Part shown: piece by piece, positions 52,736-63,626 of the stretch
How the letters are laid out: the number at the start of each line of letters is the position of its first letter
How positions within the stretch are numbered: position 1 is the first letter of the stretch
NCBI GenBank assembly: GCA_002269645.1
Contig: NIVC01000803.1
Location: 248,001-312,000, forward strand
Length of the DNA: 64,000 bases
Direction of reading: 5' to 3'
Origin: Macrostomum lignano
Lineage: Eukaryota
Made by a program: the position numbers and the translations under genes
Notes under the pieces: model-generated
Databases searched by the model: none
What the model saw: the letters and a program-made list of their open reading frames with translations, nothing else
What the model was told of the DNA's origin: nothing

Positions 52736-52912
52736 CAGGGGCGTCGCCATATAGATTTTATGGTGGGGGGACAAAGCCATGTGAAGAATTCGACATGTAC
52801 ATGTACATGCACATTAGTTTCAGAATCGGTGTTGTCAGCGCTCATTTGGCGCCCGCAGGCACTCATTTTGGCGCACATGTCTCCCCTGTCCCCTCCGGTG
52901 GCGACGCCCCTG
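52736..52912. mobile_element. hAT-like MITE, 177 bp
   Basis: Perfect TIR CAGGGGCGTCGCCA/TGGCGACGCCCCTG; flanks ATGTAACA and AACTAACA match 6/8, consistent with an 8-bp hAT TSD. Confidence 0.8.
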
Positions 52913-53189
52913 AACTAACATATTGCTGATTGCAACTGTTGCTCGACAGTGAAGCCGCGATCATCACTTCTCAAATATTGTTTATTTTATTTACTAGATA
53001 ATTGCTTGTTACAGTACAAAGCAACGTTATGAATTAAGTTTAGTCCTACATGTACATCTGCACGAATAACTATGCAGACCATCAAGATATTCAACAATTC
53101 TGCCAGAAGATCGGATTTTTTTCGACCTTGTATTTAAAACACCCTGTGCGCCAATTAGTATTTGTGCCTCAGCCTTAACAAGCCTTCAT

Positions 53190-53545
53190 AAATTTCATCA
53201 GCACGTCCGACCCGTGTCTGCGACAGCTCTGACCTCGTTGTTCACTGCATGGCCTTCACCCAGGCGGGACGAGCTTCTGGACCTTCAACAGGTGGCACCA
53301 GGTGACTACGGACACCCTGTTTCTCTAGTTTCGCTTATCAAGCCTCGACAGTGGGCAAACCTCAACTGCTGGATATCCTCAGCTAGGGCTGGAGACGATC
53401 GATTCTTGTTTGAAAAGGTGCGCAGCAAAAAGTTGAGCCGTGTTCTTGAATTTTGTGTGGTCTGAATTGCATATTTTCGGCGCAGCAAAAAAAATTCATG
53501 GGTGGGCCGGAAACTCCCCCTCCCCTTTAGTAGTAGTTCTACTGA
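53190..53545. mobile_element. Second member of the 29235-29942 repeat family
   Basis: AAATTTCATCAGCACGTC is the exact reverse complement of 29650-29667; 53400-53545 matches 29805-29940 in direct orientation. Confidence 0.6.
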
Positions 53546-56049
53546 TAGTATGGAGCCCTGATATATGCACATTATTTTTAATAAGCAGCAGTGCCCTCCA
53601 AATAGTTCAAATTCGCTAGCGCTATCTGTGATGAATCGATGTATTTAAATTGAGAGCATTCATACATTGGTAGCGTATGGGGGGATAAGCCTTCAAACAT
53701 TTCTAAGAAACGATAATTGTCGCAACCTACATTTATTTCGTGGGGGTGCGGATCCACTACTTCAATATGTTTAGTCCGTCAATACTCATTAGAAACCGCG
53801 CTGAGAAACTCCATTTCTGATTAAATCAATGACAAAAAATCTATGCAAAAAGAACCAAAGCAAATTGCATTTGACGATAATAGAAATAATCTGTCAAGTA
53901 GTAACTGTATATTTCAGAGACGAAAAAATGAACATCAAATAAAACGCAATTAACGCGGCTCTCTATAAAAGTAAACAACAGGTTCCGCAAAATCCTACTT
54001 TAAAGCTGCTAATGAGTTATGGACTTACATCGCAGAGCTATATGCTATTCGCCTGTAATAAACGAGGCAGGGACAATGGAAAATTCTACGATTTTGCTAG
54101 CACCTCCTACAGTCGCTTCCGCTTGCCAAGTGCAGTTGGAGGAGTTGAATCTCATCGGTGCTCAACATTCTATTTGTCCGGTTAATAATTATATAGTATA
54201 ACGGACGAATCAGCGAGTGAAAGCGTTTCAACCCGACGAGATACAACTCTCTCCACTGGACCTGCAAGACTTGATGGTCTGGTGCTGCGCGAACTGGGAT
54301 TGTATAAGGCGAATCGCCGAGCAGCATGGAACCAGGCCGGTTCCTCTTTCCTGCAGCGCTTAGCTATAGAAAGGAGGAGAGGCCACTCGAGTCCCCGTGC
54401 GCGGGGCTTTATTATTTCAGTCGATCCCTTATCTCTGCTGAGCTCTCTCCGAGCTTGGATAAGATAAAGGGCCCTTCGTTCCATTCGAATGGGCGGGTGA
54501 GGGCTCTGGACACGCGCGCTGTGCCATTGTGCAGGCGCACGTTTCTGGCTTGTTGCTGCGGCTATCTACACGTAATACGCTATAGATTAGCTATGGACCC
54601 ATGCGTTTAGGCGTGCAGTGTGTTCCCAGTCCCACACAGGCTTATAAAGTTAAATCTTATTGATTTTCCGACAATACGGTGTATCTCAGTCTCGGCCAGG
54701 GTCTCGGTCCACCCTTGAGAAACTTTATTATCGGACCTGCTATCGGTATAAGCCGCTGCCCCCCATGCTGTATCAATTGCCTCGAGCTTATTCGAGTTTA
54801 CTCAGGCTCGGTTCAATATTATTCGATCCTGATAAAAAACAGGCCTCAAATATATGGCTTTAGCTGCAACTTGACTCTGTTTACAAGGCTTGGGTGGGGT
54901 GGCTGTGCCATTGAATGCAGCAATTTAGTGTCAATAATAACGCCTGGAGATTGCGCACGACTTTGCAGAGGTCACCCATTAAGCCTGCTCATGCAGTCCA
55001 AAATATTCCTAATAAGGTGGAGGACTTTGACCCCCATCTGAGAAAAATGTGGATTCGATATTCATTCAGTTTGTTTTCAGGAAATTTTGAGCTCAGTTAA
55101 TGCTAGAGTTTGAAAATGCCTGGACAATAATTCTGCGCTGCGATACGGCCAGAGCATTCATTTGACCGCCTGACCCGCCAAAGTTTTACAATTGTATGAT
55201 ATTCCATACTGTGCTGGAGTCTTAACTTGTTGGGCCTCGAACTACTGCCAAATATTCTGAAAAGTATTCTGTATTTCGCTTTCTGTAGATTAGACAATAC
55301 AAGTGCACTACAATGCATAACTCTGCTTCACTTCTTTCGGAGAAAATCTTCTCCCGGCGGAGAAAAAGGGTGCCCTGGCTGCTGCTAAATATCCGATCAT
55401 GTAAACAGCCCGTGTGACTTCTTTTTAATCAAAATACAATTCTACAAAATGTAGAAAACAACTCAACAAAAACTACCATAACTGTGGTCGCTCCCGCTTT
55501 TAGCGTCTTCATGTTCTCTTAACTCTACTGCAAGTAATACATAAACTATGCTGTGACTGCAACATAACAATAGTTAATTGGATTGTGTTTATAAGTGTCT
55601 AAAGTTGCTATAAAAAAGCACCAGTACCGGTATTGAAGGAGTCTGACCTATACACTGTTATTCTTCATCATCTTCATTATCCCACCATTCGTCCTTCGTT
55701 GCACTTGAATACGAGAAGCCAAGCGAGAAAAGTTGATAGAATGAATTAATATAAACTTTAAGCCCTTATTCTAAGGACGCTCGCAAGTTGCCATTTCCCC
55801 CGGCTATGATAAATACAAGCATTTAGCTGCAAAACTTTCATGCGATAGAGTCTAGAGAGAAGAGGAGAGTAGAGGAGAGAGATTAGAGAGAAGGGAGCTG
55901 AGAAGACACAAACCTTGAGCTGGCCGGATGCCAAGCCGATCCGTTATCGATACTTTACAGGCTTAGGCTACAGGCAACTGAGTGAGTGAGCACCGGTCCT
56001 TCATTCCTCTTTGGTAGCAGGAGTGGTATAAGAATTTTGCTGCCTTAAA

Positions 56050-56668
56050 CCAACTGCCAAACTTAACCCTAACCTAGACCCAACCTAAACCCTAACTCTA
56101 GCTCTAACCTAGACCCAACCTAAACTCTAACTCTAGCTCTAACCTAGACCCAACCTAAACCCTAACTCTAGCTCTAACCTAGACCCAACCTAAACCCTAG
56201 CTCTAGCTCTAACCTAGACCCAACCTAAACCCTAACTCTAGCTCTAACCTAGACCCAACCTAATTACTAACTCTAGCTCTAACCTAGACCCAACCTAAAC
56301 TCTAGCTCTAACCTAGACCCAACCTAAACCCTAGCTCTAGCTCTAACCTAGACCCAACCTAAACCCTAACTCTAGCTCTAACCTAGACCCAACCTAAACT
56401 CTAACTCTAGCTCTAACCTAGACCCAACCTAATTACTAACTCTAGCTCTAACCTAGACCCAACCTAAACCCTAACTCTAGCTCTAACCTAGACCCAACCT
56501 AAACCCTAACTCTAGCTCTAACCTAGACCCAACCTAAACCCTAACTCTAGCTCTAACCTAGACCCAACCTAAACCCTAACTCTAGCTCTAACCTAGACCC
56601 AACCTAAACCCTAACTCTAGCTCTAACCTAGACCCAACCTAAACCCTAACTCTCGCTCTAACCTAGAA
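56050..56668. repeat. 35-bp telomere-like satellite (AACCTAGACCCAACCTAAACCCTAACTCTAGCTCT)n, ~17 copies
   Basis: Period of 35; the unit divides into degenerate CCCTAA-like hexamers. Confidence 0.93.
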
Positions 56669-56788
56669 CATCGGCAGTCAAATTGAGCCAACCGGATTCA
56701 GTAAGTCTACCGATCTAGCATTTACCAGTGTTGCCAAAAAGTGTGATTCGAACTAGCATGACCGGTTTCTGAGACGTATTAAAGCAGT

Positions 56789-57123
56789 TTCAAGGACTAC
56801 TTAACAACACAGGACGTTACACTTGCAAATAATGGCAGAATTCTTAAAGGAATAAATAATGACTTTGAATGTATGTCTGGTTCATCTGTTGGAGAAAATA
56901 AAAATAATTAGTCGGAACACGTGCACATAAAAGGCTGTGTTCACTAGACTTTAATTTCTGTAATAATGATGTGTATAATACATTATTTCTGTAAATAATG
57001 TATTATACACATTGCTTCACAAGCAAAAAGGCCACTAAAACCATAGACATACATTAAAAGCGGCCTTTTAGAATTCTGCCAATATTTTCAAGTGTAACGT
57101 TCTGTGTTGTTAAGTAGTCCTTG
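56789..57123. mobile_element. Foldback/MITE with nested inverted repeats
   Basis: AAGGACTACTTAACAACACAG..ACGTTACACTTG...GGCAGAATTCT is inverted at about 57035-57123; perfect 20-bp hairpin at 56969-57012. Confidence 0.7.
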
Positions 57124-57687
57124 AGCAGTTTCTTGAGCGTACAATTGACAGTTGAACAACCTGAGCCTAGGCTAATTAAAAAACTGTTTGCCTAAAATGT
57201 GAAAAAAGCAAGATAATTTGAGCCAAATCAAACTGGAATACACTTTATCCGACACAGTGCTGACAAGAAATAATAAACTGGTCACAGAACAGAGAAGGAC
57301 GTGTATATATTCTGTTGGGATATTAATAGACACACACGCGGCTGTTTCACAAGTCAATCAACAGTAGACTTCCAATATTCAATGTCAGATATATCATATC
57401 CAAAGGTTTCAGTTACCCAAAGCAACGAAACTATTATTGTTTGGTTAAAATCAATCAAGTTACTGATCGATCTTGCAACAATTGCTATTTTAACCAACTA
57501 AGGGGCAAAAAAATAATAAAGAGATCCAGTAACACAGTGAAGGACTTAAGCAAAACAGTGTTAAGGGAGGGGGCGGCATCAGGAGTCCGACAATAAAGGT
57601 GCTTATCGTTACTCAACACACACGAGAAATGCATGCGTTAGTCATTGAAAACACACTTTAAAAACAAGAAACTGATAAGATCAGTAA

Positions 57688-58241
57688 TCACTTCATTCTG
57701 GCGTCGTTAGCCTTAGTAATCTCTTTAGTCAGCTCCTCCTTATAGGAGAAGATGTCGCCTTCCCACTTGGTCACTTTGCAATTGTTGCACTCCCAGATTT
57801 CCTCTGCCACCTGTTGAATGAGTCGGAAATCGTGACTGACCAACAGCAGGCCGCCCTGGAACTCGCAGATGGCCTCGGCCAGAGCGTCGATAGTCTCGAT
57901 GTCCAAGTGGTTGGTCGGCTCGTCCAGCAGCAGCATGTGCGGCGATTTGTTGGCCAGCCAGGCAAAGATAATTCGGCATCGCTGTCCGTCGGACAGTGTC
58001 CGAATCGGGCACACCTGCTGGGCCCCAGTTAGTCCGTATCGGCCGAGTATTTTGCGCATCTCGTCCCGTTCCGTAATCTCGGGAAACTGGCGCATCATCC
58101 AATCTAGCGAGGTCAGCGATATGTCCAGCATCTCGTGCAGGTGCTGATGATAGCGACCGATTCTAACGTGCGAGTGCCGCCTGATGAGGCCGTCAGTTGG
58201 CTGCAGCTCGCCGGCGATCAGCTTCAGCAGAGTGCTCTTGC
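57688..58241 (-). CDS. ABCF2: ABCF2 exon 3 (second ABC domain, stop)
   Basis: caattcag|GC AAG AGC ACT completes GPNGAGKST; LSDGQ signature, [11 protein letters not shown] Walker B, VSHDFRLI; TGA at 57688. Confidence 0.95.
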
Positions 58242-58419
58242 CTGAATTGCAGCAGCGCGTTAAGTTTAAGAAATATTTTTTAAGCTACTGTTAGTAGCTG
58301 ATTTGGTTATTACATTATTTAAATAGAGTATTATACAGTTTGCTGGTAAAGGCATGTTCTTCGGGGAGTAGATTTCTGAGAATAGTAAACTTCAAATATG
58401 AGCTAACCTCTATGGATTG

Positions 58420-59575
58420 GATCTATGTCCATAGGGATTGATTTTTATAGGGATATAGATTTGTCCATAGGGATATAGATTTGGCTCTAGAGATATAGAT
58501 TTGTCTTTGAGGATACAGCTTTCTCTCTAGGGGCATAAATGTGTTTCTATGGATATAAAGTTGTCTCTAGGGTCATAGACTTGTCTCTAGAGATATAGAT
58601 TTATCTCTAGAGATATACGAGGGGTGTCCAAAAAGTCGGTGCACTTTCTTCACCACAGCCTTTTTTGACCGATCAGAAATACTAAGTCTGTTGCAGTTGA
58701 AAAGAGAATTATCTGGCCGTTAAAATGACTTTCTGTTTATTTCTGCATCTGCTGGCATTCTTGAGATATGAGCACTTTTCTGCCCCACCCCCTGTGCTAC
58801 TTTTACAAATTGCCATAGACCAAAGCTTACGTGATGCACGAAACAACGAAACATTCAACCGATCAAAAAAACATCCGCAACATGAAAGTTGAGGAAAGAA
58901 CAGTCAAAAGTTAATCATCAACATTGTCCTGAGGCTTCTCCACATAGTCACCACTGCGCTGCACACTTCTGCCATCGGCTGTGCATGTCGACAACGCACG
59001 TCCCACATGGCCAAGAAAACGGAGGAGACGATCGAGCAGGCAAATTTTGTGCTGCTCTCACTGCCACCCTACTCTCCGGATTTCTCAACAGCTGACTTTG
59101 CCTTCTTTCCAAAGAGGAAGAAGCTGCTGCATGGAAAAATCTTTGCTTGTCGTGGGAGCCTGGAAGCATTGACTCGCCAAGTTCTCCTTCATGAGATGCC
59201 GCGCTCAGATTTTGCTGATTGACGACATTGACGACATGCACAGCCGATGGCAGAAGTGTGCAGCGCAGTGGTGACTATGTGGAGAAGCCTCAGGACAATG
59301 TTGATGATTAACTTTTGACTGTTCTTTCCTCAGGCAGAAAAGTGCTCATATCTCAAGAATGCCAGCAGATATAGAAATAAACAGAAAGTCATTTTAACGG
59401 CCAGATAGTTCTCTTTTCCACTGCAACGGACTTAATATTTCTGATCGGCCAGAAAAGGCTGTTGTGAAGAAAGTGCACCGACTTTTGGGACACTCCTCTT
59501 AGATGTGTCTATATATGTCTATAGATATAGGGTTTTATCTCTAGGGATATAGATTAGTTTACGAGGATAGAGATC
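58420..59575. repeat. Degenerate 20-bp array (ATAGATTTGTCTCTAGGGAT)n, split by the mariner derivative
   Basis: Units visible at 58420-58615 and 59500-59575. Confidence 0.7.
58618..59499 (+). mobile_element. Non-autonomous mariner derivative (882 bp) with long inverted arms and a C-terminal transposase fragment
   Basis: TA flanks both ends; termini CGAGGGGTGTCCAAAAAGT and AGAGGAGTGTCCCAAAAGT (rc); internal DNARP-HMA...LPPYSPDFSTADFAFFP and RWQKC..SGDYVEK are mariner motifs, with frameshifts. Confidence 0.9.
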
Positions 59576-59655
59576 ATACATAAGAGTCCAGACTCAATAA
59601 CACGCATATTATTATAAAGCATAAAAAATCCGAATCAATAAAAAAGCACACTCAC

Positions 59656-60283
59656 CAGCTCCATTTGGACCAACCAGAGCCACTCGGGTGTCCAGATCCA
59701 CGCCAAAGTCCAGATCTTTATAGATAAAAGGCTTGCCAGGCGCGTACTGGAAGCTGACATTCTGAATCATAATCACTGGCGGCGGAATCTCGCCACAGTC
59801 GGGAAAGTAGAACGTGACAGTTTTGTCGTGAGCAACCCGGTCTGTCAGGCCTTTGTCAACCATCTTAGCCAGGGTTTTCTCTTTGCTCTGCGCCTGCCTA
59901 GCCAGCTTAGCCGAGCCGTGGCCAAACCTGGCTATGTAATTGCGCATGTTGGATATCTGGCCCTGCTCCCATTTGAATCGCTTCATCTGGTTCTCCTCCA
60001 TCTCCATGCGAGTCTGCATGTACTGATCAAAATTGCCGCCATAGTAGATCAGGCGTTTGTGCCGCATATGGATTATATTAGTGCAGACGCCGTTGAGAAA
60101 GTCCTGAGAATGGCTGATGATGACAAGGATTCGCTTGTACTGCTTCAGCTCCTCCTCAAGCCAGACGCAGGCGTTCAGATCCAGATGGTTGGTGGGCTCG
60201 TCCAGCATCAGCAGGTCTGGCTTCACGAACAGAGCCCTGGCCAGGGAGATGCGCATGCGCCAGCCGCCGCTGAAGTGCTTTAC
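59656..60283 (-). CDS. ABCF2: ABCF2 exon 2
   Basis: cctgctag|GTA AAG CAC TTC AGC GGC GGC TGG ([19 protein letters not shown]); LDEPTNHLD; ABCF linker [17 protein letters not shown]; ends GCT G|gtgagt. Confidence 0.95.
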
Positions 60284-60320
60284 CTAGCAGGTTGGGGTGC
60301 AGAGCTCCGTGAACCCCAGA

Positions 60321-61140
60321 CCGTGCAGAAGCTAATCATGCTACTATCAGTAGGGAAATGGCATACTATACAGATTATTTACCTGCTTATTCTGCATCTC
60401 GGCCGTGCAGAAGCTAATCATGCTACTATCAGTAGGGAAATGGCATACTATACAGATTATTTACCTGCTTATTCTGCATCTCGGCCGTGCAGAAGCTAAT
60501 CATGCTACTATCAGTAGGGAAATGGCATACTATACAGATTATTTACCTGCTTATTCTGCATCTCGGCCGTGCAGAAGCTAATCATGCTACTATCAGTAGG
60601 GAAATGGCATACTATACAGATTATTTACCTGCTTATTCTGCATCTCGGCCGTGCAGAAGCTAATCATGCTACTATCAGTAGGGAAATGGCATACTATACA
60701 GATTATTTACCTGTTTGTTCTGCATCTCGGCCGTGCAGAAGCTAATCATGCTACTATCAGTAGGGAAATGGCATACTATACAGATTATTTACCTGCTTAT
60801 TCTGCATCTCGGCCGTGCAGAAGCTAATCATGCTACTATCAGTAGGGAAATGGCATACTATACAGATTATTTACCTGTTTGTTCTGCATCTCGGCCGTGC
60901 AGAAGCTAATCATGCTACTAACAGTAGGGAAATGGCATACTATACAGATTATTTACCTGTTTGTTCTGCATCTCGGCCGTGCAGAAGCTAATCATGCTAC
61001 TATCAGTAGGGAAATGGCATACTATACAGATTATTTACCTGTTTGTTCTGCATCTCGGCCGTGCAGAAGCTAATCATGCTACTAACAGTAGGGAAATGGC
61101 ATACTATACAGATTATTTACCTGTTTGTTCTGCATCTCGG
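60321..61140. repeat. Ten 82-bp tandem units forming ABCF2 intron 1, each containing the 5' splice site
   Basis: CCGTGCAGAAGCTAATC starts at 60321, 60403, 60485 and so on to 61059 (82-bp spacing); minus-strand CAG|GTAAAT in every unit. Confidence 0.97.
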
Positions 61141-61906
61141 CCGTGAACCCCAGACCGTGCAGAAGCTCCGCAGCCCTGGTGGCGGCCTTGTCAGCGTCTA
61201 ATTCTTCCAGCCGATCGTAGATGTCCATCAGGCGATCGTGAGATTCCTGATCTTCGTGCAGAGCCAGAGCCTCGGCCTCGGTCTCCAGCCTGACGCGCTC
61301 CTCGTCAACTTCCATGACGCACTGTATCGCAGTTTTGTCAGACGGCGGCATCTCGCGTTGCAACAGGAAAATGTCCACATGCGGCTGAATCTGCAGCTCC
61401 CGGTTGGCCAGCGCGGCCAGCAGGGTGCTCTTGCCGCAGCCATTCAGCCCAATCAGGCCGTAGCGCCGGCCGCAGTTCAGCTCCAGCTTGGTGTCCTGCA
61501 GCAGCTCCTGGCCGTGGAAGGTGATGCTCAAATTAATTAGCTGAATATCGCGAGCGTCCGGGTGGCTGGCTAATACGCTGGTGCAGGCCCGGTGCGCCAC
61601 CACCCGGTCAGACAGCAGGTTGAGAGTCTCAATCTCGCTGGCCAGAGCGCTTGGCATGTCGTCGTCTGAGCCCATGAAATCTTCGTCCTTGTCGGCCGAG
61701 GCGGAGGCAGCGGCGGCGCCATTGGCCGAGGAGGCGCCAACAGTTTCAGTTCCGTTAGGCCCAGTCTCCGGCACTTCATCGCCTGCCGCGCTGCCAGCTT
61801 CATCTTCATTGTCGCGCTGCTGCTGTTGCAACGGTTTCTTAACGTCCTTGCGCTTGGCGGCGTCCTTTTTAGCTTGGGCTCGCTTCTTCTTGTGATCGGA
61901 TGGCAT
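61121..61906 (-). CDS. ABCF2: ABCF2 exon 1 (first ABC domain, N-terminal part)
   Basis: [18 protein letters not shown] start; [18 protein letters not shown] Walker A; ends [15 protein letters not shown]|gtaaat; joined protein is about 655 aa. Confidence 0.93.
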
Positions 61907-62040
61907 GGCTGCTGATGCTGTTTCTATAGCAACGAGTATTATAGCATGCACAAATTCGGATTGAATTCCAATTTAAATTCACGAGAATTACCGTTGTCAC
62001 GAGGTAACTAGTTAGATGTTATGTACAAATACTTTTCATA

Positions 62041-62340
62041 GGGGCTGCAGCATAGTGGTTAGAGCGTTGGAAGCACGACTTGAAGGCCTGAGGTTCGATT
62101 CCCAATCCCACTGCAACAGTCTGTGTCTCTGAGCAAGACACTCAACTCTGCATTGCTTCAGTTCATCCAGCTGTAAAATGGGTGCTAGCATTAGCTGGGG
62201 TAATTAAGGGTGTGTGGCAACCCCCAGTCCTTGGACTGAACAGCCATGCACAGCCTTCAGATGTGCTACACAATAGCTGTGGCTAAGCTGTCGGTTGCAC
62301 ATCTACCCATTAGGGTAGGCCTAATCAATTATTATTATTA
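62041..62340 (+). mobile_element. tRNA-derived SINE, family B (CORE-like), copy 2
   Basis: CAGCATAGTGGTTAGAGCG A-box region, GGTTCGATTCC B box, CTGAGCAAGACACTCAACTC...CAGCTGTAAAATGGG core, (ATT)n tail. Confidence 0.87.
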
Positions 62341-62344
62341 TTGA

Positions 62345-63591
62345 TGTAACCACGCTCTGGTCACGGGATAGGGCAGGGGAACTTTTTCGAAAGTGCCTCC
62401 TATCGCCCTGCATCCCCTATACGGAGCTGTTGAGACTCGGCCAGGTCTTCGACCAGGCCTGGAGACTCCCGCTCTGCTGCACCCCCTGCTGCCTTGGCTC
62501 CGTCTCCCCTGCCGCCGCACTTGCCTTTCCGGAGCTCCCCCTCCCTCTTTGTACCTCCCCCTACCCTATCTCTTCTGCTTTCCGCCCTATCCTTCGTGTA
62601 CTTTTCCTGTCTCCCCTCTTTTTTCCCTTTCTGCACTATTTTCCTGCGCTGTCCCCCTTTCTCTGCGTCTACTTACAGTATTTTGTGCGCTCACCGTCAC
62701 CCCATCCCTTCTCAAACTCCCAAACGGTGACGCAAGTCGTGTGACCCCTTCTTCCCCTCGATGACTCATCGATGACTCATCCCCCTCTCTTGCGCAACCT
62801 TTTCTCATGCTATTGTTCTCCTCCCCAAATTTCTCATGCGACACCCACCCCACCTCCCCTTCTATTGTTCTCGTTTTTGATTCTTTTGTTCTCTTTACCC
62901 CCACCAATTATCACATTTTCTCCGATTTTCTCTTTCTATTGTTCTCGTTTTCGCACCTAATTATCCCCTTTTCTCCAATGTTTGCTTTTCTATTGTTCTC
63001 GATTCTCCCCAATTATCCCCGATTTCCAATTCCTTTGTTCTCGACCCCAGCCCCATTGTTCTCAATGTTTGCTTGCGCAACACTTTCTCGACCTCCCGCT
63101 GCGCCAATTATCCCCCCACCACACCTCCGGATTGCGCAATTCTCCCATTTCTCATGTTGCTATGCCGTTCTCATGCTTCTCATCATGACTCATTCTGACG
63201 TCATTCTGCCGGCAGCCAATCAGAGAGAGGGAGTCATGGAAACGACCTTGGAGCGGCGGCTGGGATGGCTATATAAGGAAGCGATTTTGGGCATGAGAAT
63301 TCTAAACTCTTCTTTCCGGTCTCCTCAGACTGTGTTCCTTCTCGTCCTGCTGTGGACTTGCTGTCAGACCTTGATCTGACCTATTCGTCTATAGGACGGA
63401 CCTCTGCCGGTCCGCGGTCTGATACCGCCAAGTTACCTTTGCTCCCCAAGTGAGCTCGCCTATCGGCCAGCGGTCTGATACCGCACAGCATCATCAGCAT
63501 CGCCTGACCTACATCAGCGCCTCGTCGCTTCAGCGCATCGCCGCTTCACTGTCTGCCTGAGTGCAGCCTACAGCCGTCCCCGGTCACTCCA

Positions 63592-63626
<35 letters not shown>

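Noticed and set aside
54180-55100. Short protein-like frames (e.g. KLYYRTCYRYKPLPPMLYQLPRAY)
   Set aside because: Interrupted by stops, no family recognised and no consistent splice model.
61082-61120. ORF-track extension of ABCF2 exon 1 ([12 protein letters not shown]) and N-terminal extension [15 protein letters not shown]
   Set aside because: The first is read-through into intron 1; the second lies upstream of the conserved MPSD start and crosses an acceptor-like TAG.
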